From: Candidatus Latescibacterota bacterium
GTDB taxonomy: Bacteria > Latescibacterota > UBA2968
NCBI GenBank assembly: GCA_965204745.1
Contig: OZ242010.1
Span: 1,760,001-1,824,000 of the forward strand
DNA: 64,000 nucleotides
Direction of reading: 5' to 3'
Shown: positions 10,889 through 19,049 of the stretch, piece after piece
Position numbering within the stretch: the stretch's first letter is position 1
How the letters are laid out: the number at the start of each line of letters is the position of its first letter
Notes under the pieces: model-generated
The model's input: the letters and a program-made list of their open reading frames with translations, nothing else
Database searches by the model: none
Told to the model about the DNA's origin: nothing
Translations under genes and position numbers: made by a program

Positions 10889-10967
10889 ATTGCTTGTTGC
10901 AAAAAGAAGATCAGGATCCCTCGCTCAAAATTGAAAATTACGGGGACTCGTTCGAGTTGGATTGAGG
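10889..10967 (+). repeat. Duplicated 3' tail of the carbamoyltransferase gene (copy of 4979-5057)
   Basis: GAAGATCAGGATCCCTCGCTCAAAATTGAAAATTACG..GACTCGTTCGAGTTGGATTGAGG shared at both sites. Confidence 0.95.
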
Positions 10968-11030
10968 AATGCAGACAGAACGCGCAGGCGGGAAGAACAC
11001 GGGCATATTGCAAAAAAGGAAAGAAGTGTC

Positions 11031-12314
11031 ATGGCAGACCCCGAAACACACGGCTTAAAAACGCCTCCAAGAAAAACCCGTCGTGTACTCCGATTGATCG
11101 GATGGAACCTGTTACTTACGCTCGCGAGCTTGGCTTTGATCGCGCTGACCGGAGAAGTCTATCTCCGGCTGAAAAGGTCAATGATGCCGTTCTATATAAA
11201 TAGATATCACTGGCACTTTGTCCCAAAGGTAGGTTTGGTGACGAAACCCAACGCCGAGATGCACATGACAAACCATCGTGATTTCTGGACCATCTCTCGA
11301 ACCAACAGCCTCGGCTTCCTCGACCGCGAACCCATCAGTCCCGAACGCGCCGCCGAAAGTTGTCACATCGCGATGATCGGCGATTCCTTTGTCGAAGCCA
11401 AAGAGGTGTCCATCGACGATAAGTTTCACGTCCGTCTCGAAGAACTCGCCACCCAAGAGTTGCCCCACTTGGACATCACCACGTCGGCATTTGGGATAGG
11501 GGGCATCGGACAGATCAACCAACTGCCGTATTACGATGAATTTGCGCGGCATCTGTCTCCCAAACTCGTCGTGCTCGTTTTTGTTCAAAACGACTTCAGG
11601 AACAACTCCCCTATCCTGACCGCGTTGTGGCGGGCTGTCCATCCGGACCGACAACCATACGTCACGGCGACAAGAGATGAGAACGGTACCATAAAACTGC
11701 GACCACCCCATCCGGATTGGCAGAGGTTCAGATTGCCCCGAGCCCGTGATAGGCATATCGGTCAGGACCAGCACGTTAGGTCCTACTTCGTGCAAGGGTT
11801 ACGCCACAATATATCCGCCTTGTTTCCATCCCAACATCCTTACCTGCTGCCTGACCGGATGAAATTATTGAGCGGACACCCCGGCTACGAATCGCTGTTT
11901 AGTGGATGGCAACCGAAGACTCTGACGGAGATCCATCAGCAGTTTGAGAAAAAGACGCTGTTGCCCGCCTTTGAGAAAGAGTTGGCGTTCACCGCCTTTG
12001 CCTTGGATCAATTTAAGGAACGCACCGAGCGCGACGAAGCCTCATTGGTCATCTTGGCGAGCCACACCATGGGCACTCGAGGTCATGCTCCCTTTGATCA
12101 CATGAGCGCCTTGGCCGAGGTCCGCAACATTCCCGTTATTGACCAGTACGACTACATCCGCCGTCAAGGTGCCGATCCTGAAAGAGACGCGACATGGGCA
12201 AACGATCCGCACTGGAATGTCGCCGGACATCAATGGGCTGCCGAAGCTCTGCTCGAATATCTCAAGGAAAATCCACAAGTTTGTACAAGACCGGCAGATA
12301 TAGGAACGCCCTGA
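11031..12314 (+). CDS. SGNH hydrolase-like protein, copy 4
   Basis: Same motifs. Confidence 0.85.
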   Translation: MADPETHGLKTPPRKTRRVLRLIGWNLLLTLASLALIALTGEVYLRLKRSMMPFYINRYHWHFVPKVGLVTKPNAEMHMTNHRDFWTISRTNSLGFLDREPISPERAAESCHIAMIGDSFVEAKEVSIDDKFHVRLEELATQELPHLDITTSAFGIGGIGQINQLPYYDEFARHLSPKLVVLVFVQNDFRNNSPILTALWRAVHPDRQPYVTATRDENGTIKLRPPHPDWQRFRLPRARDRHIGQDQHVRSYFVQGLRHNISALFPSQHPYLLPDRMKLLSGHPGYESLFSGWQPKTLTEIHQQFEKKTLLPAFEKELAFTAFALDQFKERTERDEASLVILASHTMGTRGHAPFDHMSALAEVRNIPVIDQYDYIRRQGADPERDATWANDPHWNVAGHQWAAEALLEYLKENPQVCTRPADIGTP

Positions 12315-12369
12315 CACGCCTAAGACAGGGCACGAGACATTGGGCAAAAAGAAAAAGGAAAGAAGTATC

Positions 12370-13659
12370 ATGGCAGACTCCGAAACGCACGGCTTAAAAA
12401 CGCCTCTAAAAAAAATCCGCCGTGTCCTGCGAGTGATCGCCTGTAATGTGTTATTCACGTTTATCGGTCTGGGTTTTATCGCGCTGACCGGAGAAGTCTA
12501 TCTCCGGCTGAAAAGGCCAATGATGCCGTTCTCCACAAGGATATATCCCTTGCACTTCGTCCCAAAGGTAGGTTTGATGCTGAAACCCAACGCCGAGGTG
12601 AACTGGACAGACCATAATGATTTCTGGACCATCTCTCGAACCAACAGCCTTGGGTTTCTCGACCGTGAACCCATCCGTTCTGAACGCGCCGCCGAAAGTT
12701 GTCACATCACTATGATCGGCGATTCCTTTGTCTTAGCCAAAGAGATGCCCATCGCCGATAAGTTTCACGTTCGCCTTGAAGAACGCGCCGCCCGGCACCT
12801 GTCCCACTTGGACATCACCACGTCGGCATTTGGGATAGCGAGCACCGGACAGATCAATCAACTGCCGTATTACGATGAATTTGCGCGGCACCTGTCTCCC
12901 AAACTCGTCGTGCTCGTTTTTGTTCAAAACGACTTCAGGAACAACTCCCCTATCCTGACTGGGTTATGGCAGGGAGTCCATCCGGACTGGCAACCATTCG
13001 TCACGGCAACAAGAGCCGAGAACGGTACCATAAAACTGCGACCACCCCGCCTGGATTGGGAGAGATTCAGATTGCCCAGACTACACAAATCCCTCTATGT
13101 GCGTATCGTTGAATACCTGAGTCTGAGTTCCTACTTCGCGCAAGGGTTACGCAACAATATATTCGCCTTGTTTCCATCCCAATATCCTCACCTGACTGAC
13201 CGGGTGAAATTATTGAGCGAACTCCCCGCCTATGAATCGCTGTTTAATGGATGGCAACCGAAGACTCGGGCGGAGATCCAGCAACAGTTTGAGAAAAAGA
13301 CGCTGTTGCCCGCCTTTGAGAAAGAGTTGGCGTTCACGGCCTTTGCCTTGGATCAATTTAAGGAACGCACCGAGCGCGACGGCGCCTCATTGGTCATCTT
13401 GGCGAGCCACACCATGGGCACTCGAGGTCACGGCTACTTTGATCACATGAGTACTTTGGTCGAGGCCCGCGGCATTCCCGTTATTGACCAGTACGACTAC
13501 ATCCGCCGTCAAGGTGCCGACCCTGAAAGAGACGCGACATGGGCAAACGATCAGCACTGGAATGTCCAAGGCCACCAATGGGCTACCGAAGCCCTGCTCG
13601 AATATCTCAAGGAAAATCCACAAGTTTGTACAAGACCGGCAGATATAGGAACGCCCTGA
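12370..13659 (+). CDS. SGNH hydrolase-like protein, copy 5
   Basis: Same motifs. Confidence 0.85.
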   Translation: MADSETHGLKTPLKKIRRVLRVIACNVLFTFIGLGFIALTGEVYLRLKRPMMPFSTRIYPLHFVPKVGLMLKPNAEVNWTDHNDFWTISRTNSLGFLDREPIRSERAAESCHITMIGDSFVLAKEMPIADKFHVRLEERAARHLSHLDITTSAFGIASTGQINQLPYYDEFARHLSPKLVVLVFVQNDFRNNSPILTGLWQGVHPDWQPFVTATRAENGTIKLRPPRLDWERFRLPRLHKSLYVRIVEYLSLSSYFAQGLRNNIFALFPSQYPHLTDRVKLLSELPAYESLFNGWQPKTRAEIQQQFEKKTLLPAFEKELAFTAFALDQFKERTERDGASLVILASHTMGTRGHGYFDHMSTLVEARGIPVIDQYDYIRRQGADPERDATWANDQHWNVQGHQWATEALLEYLKENPQVCTRPADIGTP

Positions 13660-13713
13660 CACGCCTAAGACAGGGCACGAGACATTGGAAGAAAGAAAAA
13701 GGAAAGAAGTATC

Positions 13714-14985
13714 ATGGCAGACTCCGAAACTCACGGCTTAAAAACGCCTCCGAGAAAAACCCGTCGTGTACTCCGATTGATCGGCTGGAACCTGTTACTT
13801 ACGCTCGCGGGCTTGGCTCTGATCGCGCTGACTGGGGAAGTCTATCTCCGGCTGAAAAGGTCAATGATGTCGTTCTATATAAATAGATATCCCTTACACT
13901 TTGTCTCAAAGGTAGGTTTGATGCTGGAACCCAACGCCGAGGTGCGCTCGATAGACCATCGTGAGTTCTGGACCATCTCTCGAACCAACAGCCTCGGCTT
14001 CCTTGACCGCGAACCCATCGGTTCTGACCGCGCCGCCGAAAGTTGTCACATCGCGATGATCGGCGATTCCTTTGTCGAAGCCACCGATGTGCCCATCGCC
14101 GATAAGTTTTACGTCCGTCTCGAAGAACTCGCCGCCCGGCACCTGCCCCACTTGGACATCACCACGTCGGCATTTGGGAAAGGGGGCACCGGACAGATCA
14201 ACCAACTGCCGCTTTACGATGAATTTGCGCGGCGTCTGTCTCCCAAACTCGTCGTACTCGTTTTTGTTGATAACGACTTCAGGAACAACTCACCATTCTT
14301 TGCCGCGTTGTCGTGGAAAGTCCATCCGGACCGGCAACCATTCGTCACGGCAACAAGAGATGAGAACGGTGCCATAAAACTGCGACCACCCCACCCGGAT
14401 TGGCAAGGGTTCAGATCCCAAGCCCCCCCTGATAGGCGTCTCGCTGAGGACCAGCACGTTAGGTCCTACTTCGTGCAAGGGTTACGCTACAATATATCCG
14501 CCTGGTTTCCATCCCAACCTTCTTACCTGCCTAACTGGGTGAAACTTTTGAGCGACCACCCCGCCTATGAATCGCAGTTTAATGGATGGCAACCGAAGAC
14601 TCGGGCGGAGATCCATCAGCAGTTTGAGAAAAAGACACTGTTGCCCGCCTTTGAGAAAGAGTTGGCGTTCACGGCCTTTGCCTTGGATCAATTTAAGGAA
14701 CGCACCGAGCGCGACGAAGCCTCATTGGTCATCTTGGCGAGCTACACCATGGGCACTCGAGGTCACGGCCCCTTTGATCACATGAGTGCTTTGTCCGAGG
14801 TCCGCGGCATTCCCGTTATTGACCAGTACGACTACATCCTCCGTCAAGGTGCCGACCCTGAAAGAGACGCGACATGGGCAAACGATTGGCACTGGAATGT
14901 CGCCGGACATCAATGGGCTGCCGAAGCTCTGCTCGAATATCTCAAGGAAAACCCGGAAATTTGCACACAAGAAAAAACGCCCTGA
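13714..14985 (+). CDS. SGNH hydrolase-like protein, copy 6
   Basis: Same motifs. Confidence 0.85.
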   Translation: MADSETHGLKTPPRKTRRVLRLIGWNLLLTLAGLALIALTGEVYLRLKRSMMSFYINRYPLHFVSKVGLMLEPNAEVRSIDHREFWTISRTNSLGFLDREPIGSDRAAESCHIAMIGDSFVEATDVPIADKFYVRLEELAARHLPHLDITTSAFGKGGTGQINQLPLYDEFARRLSPKLVVLVFVDNDFRNNSPFFAALSWKVHPDRQPFVTATRDENGAIKLRPPHPDWQGFRSQAPPDRRLAEDQHVRSYFVQGLRYNISAWFPSQPSYLPNWVKLLSDHPAYESQFNGWQPKTRAEIHQQFEKKTLLPAFEKELAFTAFALDQFKERTERDEASLVILASYTMGTRGHGPFDHMSALSEVRGIPVIDQYDYILRQGADPERDATWANDWHWNVAGHQWAAEALLEYLKENPEICTQEKTP

Positions 14986-15013
14986 TACCCCGGATGGCGG
15001 AGTGTGGGCGTTT

Positions 15014-15778
15014 TTAGCGGTCATTTGATTTGGCGTCAATCTGATAATGCCCGGTGAGCCAGTGATAGCGAATCAGCAACAGGTCGCGCACCATTCGATA
15101 GGTGTCCCGAAGAAAGTTCACCTTGCTTTCGGCGCGCCAATGCCATTCAATGCCCACTTCTGCGATTGAGAATCCCAAGCGGCGTGCCAGAAACAGCAAT
15201 TCGACATCGAAACAAAAGCCGTCAATCGTCTGCAATGGGAACAACGCTTGCGCCGCACGCGCCGAGAACACCTTGAATCCGCATTGCGTATCGGCGATGC
15301 CCGGCACGGCCAGCAGGCGCACGATAGCGTTGAAAACCCGCCCCCTCAGATGGCGCCTAAGTGGCTCGCCAACGCGCTGCGAGCCGGCGGCTTCTCTGGA
15401 GCCGACGGCGATGTCTGCACCGTCAAACTCGTCCGCAGGCAACAGTCGCGTGAGATGCGCGATGGGCATCGACAGGTCCGCGTCGCATAAGCAGCGGTAT
15501 TGGCCTCGCGCCGAGAGCATCCCATTTCGCACGGCCCAGCCCTTGCCCCGATGCGGCAGGTCGAGCACGCGGAGATTGGCACCGCTTTGATCGGCGATGT
15601 CCTGCGCGACAGCAGCCGTGGCGTCAGCACTGCCATCGTCAGCCACGATGATCTCCCATTCGTAACATTGTCGTTCGAGATAATCGAGAATGGTCGCCAG
15701 CGTATCCGGCAGACGGCTTTCTTCGTTGTAAGCGGGAATGACTATGGAGAGGAATGGATCAGGCGGCGAATGCGACAT
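15014..15778 (-). CDS. GT2 glycosyltransferase (polyprenol/dolichyl-phosphate glucosyltransferase-like)
   Basis: SIVIPAYNEE, DDGSAD, RGKG, DADLS, DTQCGFK, FDVELL. Confidence 0.9.
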   Translation of the reverse strand: MSHSPPDPFLSIVIPAYNEESRLPDTLATILDYLERQCYEWEIIVADDGSADATAAVAQDIADQSGANLRVLDLPHRGKGWAVRNGMLSARGQYRCLCDADLSMPIAHLTRLLPADEFDGADIAVGSREAAGSQRVGEPLRRHLRGRVFNAIVRLLAVPGIADTQCGFKVFSARAAQALFPLQTIDGFCFDVELLFLARRLGFSIAEVGIEWHWRAESKVNFLRDTYRMVRDLLLIRYHWLTGHYQIDAKSNDR

Positions 15779-15853
15779 TGAAAATCTCTGCTGTGCAGGT
15801 GAAAGGTGGGGTTGCAAAGGGTGGGATGATCGTCGTGCAGAACGCCCGCGGGA

Positions 15854-16273
15854 TTAGATGCCGAGGTCATCCAAATCCTCCAGTTCATCCAATCCCTCGT
15901 CTTCGTCCATCAAGGGGTCTATATCTCGAATCACAACGAGAATAGATGCCTGCGGGACGATGACATATTTCTCGCCTTCAAAAGAAATCTCCATCGCGGC
16001 CTTTTGCAAAAACAGGGCAAAATCGCCTTCTTCAACTTGCAGGGGCAAATACCGCGGCTCGCTGGGCGCGTCTTGCCAGGGTTCGTCATCTTCGGGCGTT
16101 TCCGGCAAGGGCAAGCCAGGCCCAGTCGCCAAAATGCGCCCGCCCTGCACATCCTCTTTTTCCATCACGGTCTGCGGCAAATAAAGCCCGACTTTGGTGC
16201 GGTCTTCCAAATCTTCCCGCTGGATCAAAACCCGATCCCCAATCACGATCAACTCTCTGTTGCCCATTCGCAT
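15854..16273 (-). CDS. GroES/Cpn10-family co-chaperone with acidic tail
   Basis: IGDRVLI, TKVGLYLP, GRILATGPG, PLQVEEGD. Confidence 0.8.
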   Translation of the reverse strand: MRMGNRELIVIGDRVLIQREDLEDRTKVGLYLPQTVMEKEDVQGGRILATGPGLPLPETPEDDEPWQDAPSEPRYLPLQVEEGDFALFLQKAAMEISFEGEKYVIVPQASILVVIRDIDPLMDEDEGLDELEDLDDLGI

Positions 16274-16381
16274 TGTGATTTCCCATTTTGTGTGAACGCG
16301 GTCAAACTCATGCGTCAAACGTAAAAAATTATCTCCGAAGTGTCAACAGTCGCGTAAGAGGTAAGATACTCTCTTAAAAGG

Positions 16382-17389
16382 TCAAGGGGTTTTCGGGGTG
16401 ATTCGATAGAATTTTTCGCCCTCAAAATCTTGGTCATGGCGCAACATGCCCCAGATCGAATGGAGCAACTTTCGCATCACCGCAACGATAGCCTGCAAAG
16501 GTTTCTTGCCGCGGGCGATGAGTTGGTCATAGAAGGCTTTGACATGGCCTTCGTGTCTGATGGCCACCCAGGCAGGCATATAGAGGGCATGGCGGAGGTA
16601 CTTATTCCCGGTTTTCGAGATGCGTCTTTGTGGATTGGCGGTTCCGGATTGTTTGGGTTTGGGATCCAGGCCTGCATGTGCGACCCACTGGGGCGGTTGC
16701 ATCTCCTCTGGCAAAAGGGTCAACTCGGCCAAGAGCCGCAAGGCACTCGTTTGCGCGATGCCAGGCGTCGAGCAGAGGCGTTGGTAGGCACGCTTGAGGG
16801 GCTCATCGTGCAAAACGAGATCGAGGGCTTGGCTTTCCAAGTATGCAATCCGGCGTTTGAAGTGTCGAATATTCACCTGAATATCGCGTGCGATGAGACG
16901 TGTGCTGCGGATGTGGTAGCTCTGCGCGTGGTTGCGGCTCTGTTCGCGGATGATCTCCTGCTTGAGTTGGTCAATGCGTCTGGTGAGGGCTTGCAGTTGA
17001 AGCCGTTGCTCGCTCGGCGCTTGCCAAGGCACAAAAGGCATGCGCTCGGCATAGTCGAGGATCAACAACGCATCCTTCGCATCCGTCTTCGCCCGTTGCA
17101 TGCAGGCTTGGGCGTACTTGCTCATCGCTTTGGGATTGACGACCATGACCTTTGTGTGGCGATGCCGATGCAAGGCCAAGGCCACCCCCAAACTGTAAAG
17201 CCCGGTCGCTTCGAGGCACACAGAGACCATGTGCCCGCCCTTCGTGAGCCACTTCAGCAACCGCTTATGCGCTTGGGGATCATTGGCAAAGGTCGCTTGC
17301 ATGACAGCTTGTCCGGGTCTGGACAGGGCAACGGACAACGTGCGGGCACTGACATCAATGCCGGCAAAAGCGGGGTGAGATTTCGACAT
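16382..17389 (-). CDS. IS110 recombinase/transposase
   Basis: DEDD residues (GIDVS, LEATG, KTDAKDA); PGI, AGLDP...QSG catalytic Ser, ISKTGN, AVMRKL. Confidence 0.95.
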   Translation of the reverse strand: MSKSHPAFAGIDVSARTLSVALSRPGQAVMQATFANDPQAHKRLLKWLTKGGHMVSVCLEATGLYSLGVALALHRHRHTKVMVVNPKAMSKYAQACMQRAKTDAKDALLILDYAERMPFVPWQAPSEQRLQLQALTRRIDQLKQEIIREQSRNHAQSYHIRSTRLIARDIQVNIRHFKRRIAYLESQALDLVLHDEPLKRAYQRLCSTPGIAQTSALRLLAELTLLPEEMQPPQWVAHAGLDPKPKQSGTANPQRRISKTGNKYLRHALYMPAWVAIRHEGHVKAFYDQLIARGKKPLQAIVAVMRKLLHSIWGMLRHDQDFEGEKFYRITPKTP

Positions 17390-17454
17390 GGGGGCCTCCT
17401 GTGATGAGGGGGTTGTAAGGGATCTGGTGCGCGCTCGGGGTCGCGTCCCGACCA

Positions 17455-17640
17455 TTGACGCCAAGTCTACCGGTCTTGTATATGCAGCCTCAAGGGGCTT
17501 AGATACTCTTCGGCATAGACCCGGCGGTCGGGGGGCCTATCTTACCTACAAGGTCATCGCCTTCAAGAGGGGCCGGCCTTCCCCGAGCCGGGCATCAAGA
17601 TGGCTTATCTCGATACGAGGGCGCAACTCCTAATTAACCC
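17455..17640 (-). ncRNA. Predicted bridge RNA in the IS110 left end (boundaries approximate)
   Basis: Four guide segments match donor and target halves (17566-17574, 17541-17547, 17501-17509, 17475-17481). Confidence 0.85.
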
Positions 17641-17771
17641 TTACTTCCAAGATACAAGAGGGGAGAGGCGAGAGGCGAGAGGCAAGCGGTAAGAGGCAAG
17701 AGGGAGAAGGCCACATTGATATTACCGCTTGGTTTGCTGAACGCCGTTCGCCCATTTGGCAGAATAAAATC

Positions 17772-17800
17772 TTGACAAATGACCCAATAAGGCATATTAT
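17772..17800 (+). promoter_or_regulatory. Sigma70-type promoter
   Basis: TTGACA-N17-TATTAT. Confidence 0.7.
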
Positions 17801-17835
17801 TTTGCCCGCGTTGTTTTGGCTTGAGGAGTCGTTCC

Positions 17836-17931
17836 ATGTTGTCTCTCTTTCCCATCCCGCAAATGGCAATGCCCGTCGTTGTACGGGCGATGCCCGTCGT
17901 ACATTTCCCTCGTGGGCGGGAGCATGGATAG
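17836..17931 (+). CDS. Candidate 31-aa small protein or leader peptide
   Basis: GAGGAG RBS; MLSLFPIPQMAMPVVVRAMPVVHFPRGREHG; lies between a promoter and a terminator. Confidence 0.45.
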   Translation: MLSLFPIPQMAMPVVVRAMPVVHFPRGREHG

Positions 17932-17958
17932 CGGATCATTTTGGTCGTTTGACACGTA

Positions 17959-17993
17959 AAAAGCCGTTGGAATGTTCCGTTCCAGCGGCTTTT
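17959..17993 (+). terminator. Intrinsic terminator or attenuator hairpin upstream of holB
   Basis: AAAAGCCGTTGGAA-N7-TTCCAGCGGCTTTT. Confidence 0.7.
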
Positions 17994-18011
17994 CATCATG
18001 GAGATGTTGCG

Positions 18012-19049
18012 TTGAACCGGGTGATTGGACAAGCGCGAGCGGTTCGGGTTTTGACCGACTGGGTCGAAAAAGACCGCATCCCACACGCGCTGTTGTTTTT
18101 GGGCACGTCGGGCACGGGCGCGGTGGCCGCGGCCTTGGATTTTGTGCAGGCATTGCACTGCCGATCCGACGGCGCGGTCGCCTGCGGGCATTGCCCGGCC
18201 TGTCACAAGGTCGAAACGCGCAATCACCCGGACAGCAACATGCTCTTTCCCTTTGCCCGTAGCGTGGAAGAGGACGACATGCAGGCGGCACTCCTCGAAG
18301 TGTGGCAATCGCCATATCACTATTCCCCGCCCGGCGACAACGAGACCATCGCTATCGACTACGTGCGGCAAATGCAGCGGCAGTTCGCCCACAGCGCGTT
18401 TGCAGGCGGCTGGCGCACGGCCCTCGTATTGCACGCGGAGCAGATGCGCGTCGAAGCGGCCAATGCCATGCTAAAAATACTGGAGGAACCGCCGGATCGC
18501 TCCCTGATGATTTTGGTCGCCTCTCCCAAAGACGCGCTGTTGCCCACCATTTTGTCCCGGTGCCAGTTCGTCAAATTTCCCGCGCTGTTGCCCGCCGACA
18601 TCAGCACGGGGTTGGCGGCACAGGGCGTTGACCCAACCACAGCGGATTTTATTGCGCGCACCTGTGGGGGCGATTTTCGGCGCGCAATGGCCATGACAGA
18701 CGGCCATGTTGCAGACCGGCAGGATCGCGCATTTCGGTTTTTGGACGCCTTGCTGTGGGGGCAGGACGAGCGCACGTTTGAAGCCCTGGCAAAACTCGAC
18801 CGGGAAGAGGCGTTGGAGATTTTGGCAGGCGTAGAGGTCTGGCTGCGAGACGCGCTGTTGTTGCAATGCGGCCGCGCAGACGAGATCGCCAATCAGGCGG
18901 ACCGCGTCGAGCGACTGGCAGAGGTTTTCGATCTCGACCACCTCATGGCAGCCGTAAAAAAGATCGAATCCCTGCGCGAAATGAACCACCGCAATGTGAA
19001 TATGAACCTGGGCCTGATCTCGTTTTGGCAACGGATTCGGTCCTTTTGA
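18012..19049 (+). CDS. holB: DNA polymerase III delta' subunit
   Basis: RIPHALLFLG, CGHCPAC, NHPD, AANAMLKILEEPP, LLPTILSRCQ; start approximate. Confidence 0.9.
   Translation: MNRVIGQARAVRVLTDWVEKDRIPHALLFLGTSGTGAVAAALDFVQALHCRSDGAVACGHCPACHKVETRNHPDSNMLFPFARSVEEDDMQAALLEVWQSPYHYSPPGDNETIAIDYVRQMQRQFAHSAFAGGWRTALVLHAEQMRVEAANAMLKILEEPPDRSLMILVASPKDALLPTILSRCQFVKFPALLPADISTGLAAQGVDPTTADFIARTCGGDFRRAMAMTDGHVADRQDRAFRFLDALLWGQDERTFEALAKLDREEALEILAGVEVWLRDALLLQCGRADEIANQADRVERLAEVFDLDHLMAAVKKIESLREMNHRNVNMNLGLISFWQRIRSF

Larger units (their letters stand above)
16364..17658 (-). mobile_element. Complete IS110-family element (IS621-like) with a CT core at both ends
   Basis: Minus strand: left junction CTCCCCT-CT-TGTAT, right junction AGAGTAT-CT-TACCT; no TIRs; removing it restores a heptamer array. 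Confidence 0.9.

Noticed and set aside
5129-14985. Diversity-generating retroelement behind SGNH variation
   Set aside because: No reverse transcriptase or template repeat in the window; variation is spread along whole paralogous genes while many adenines next to variable codons are invariant.
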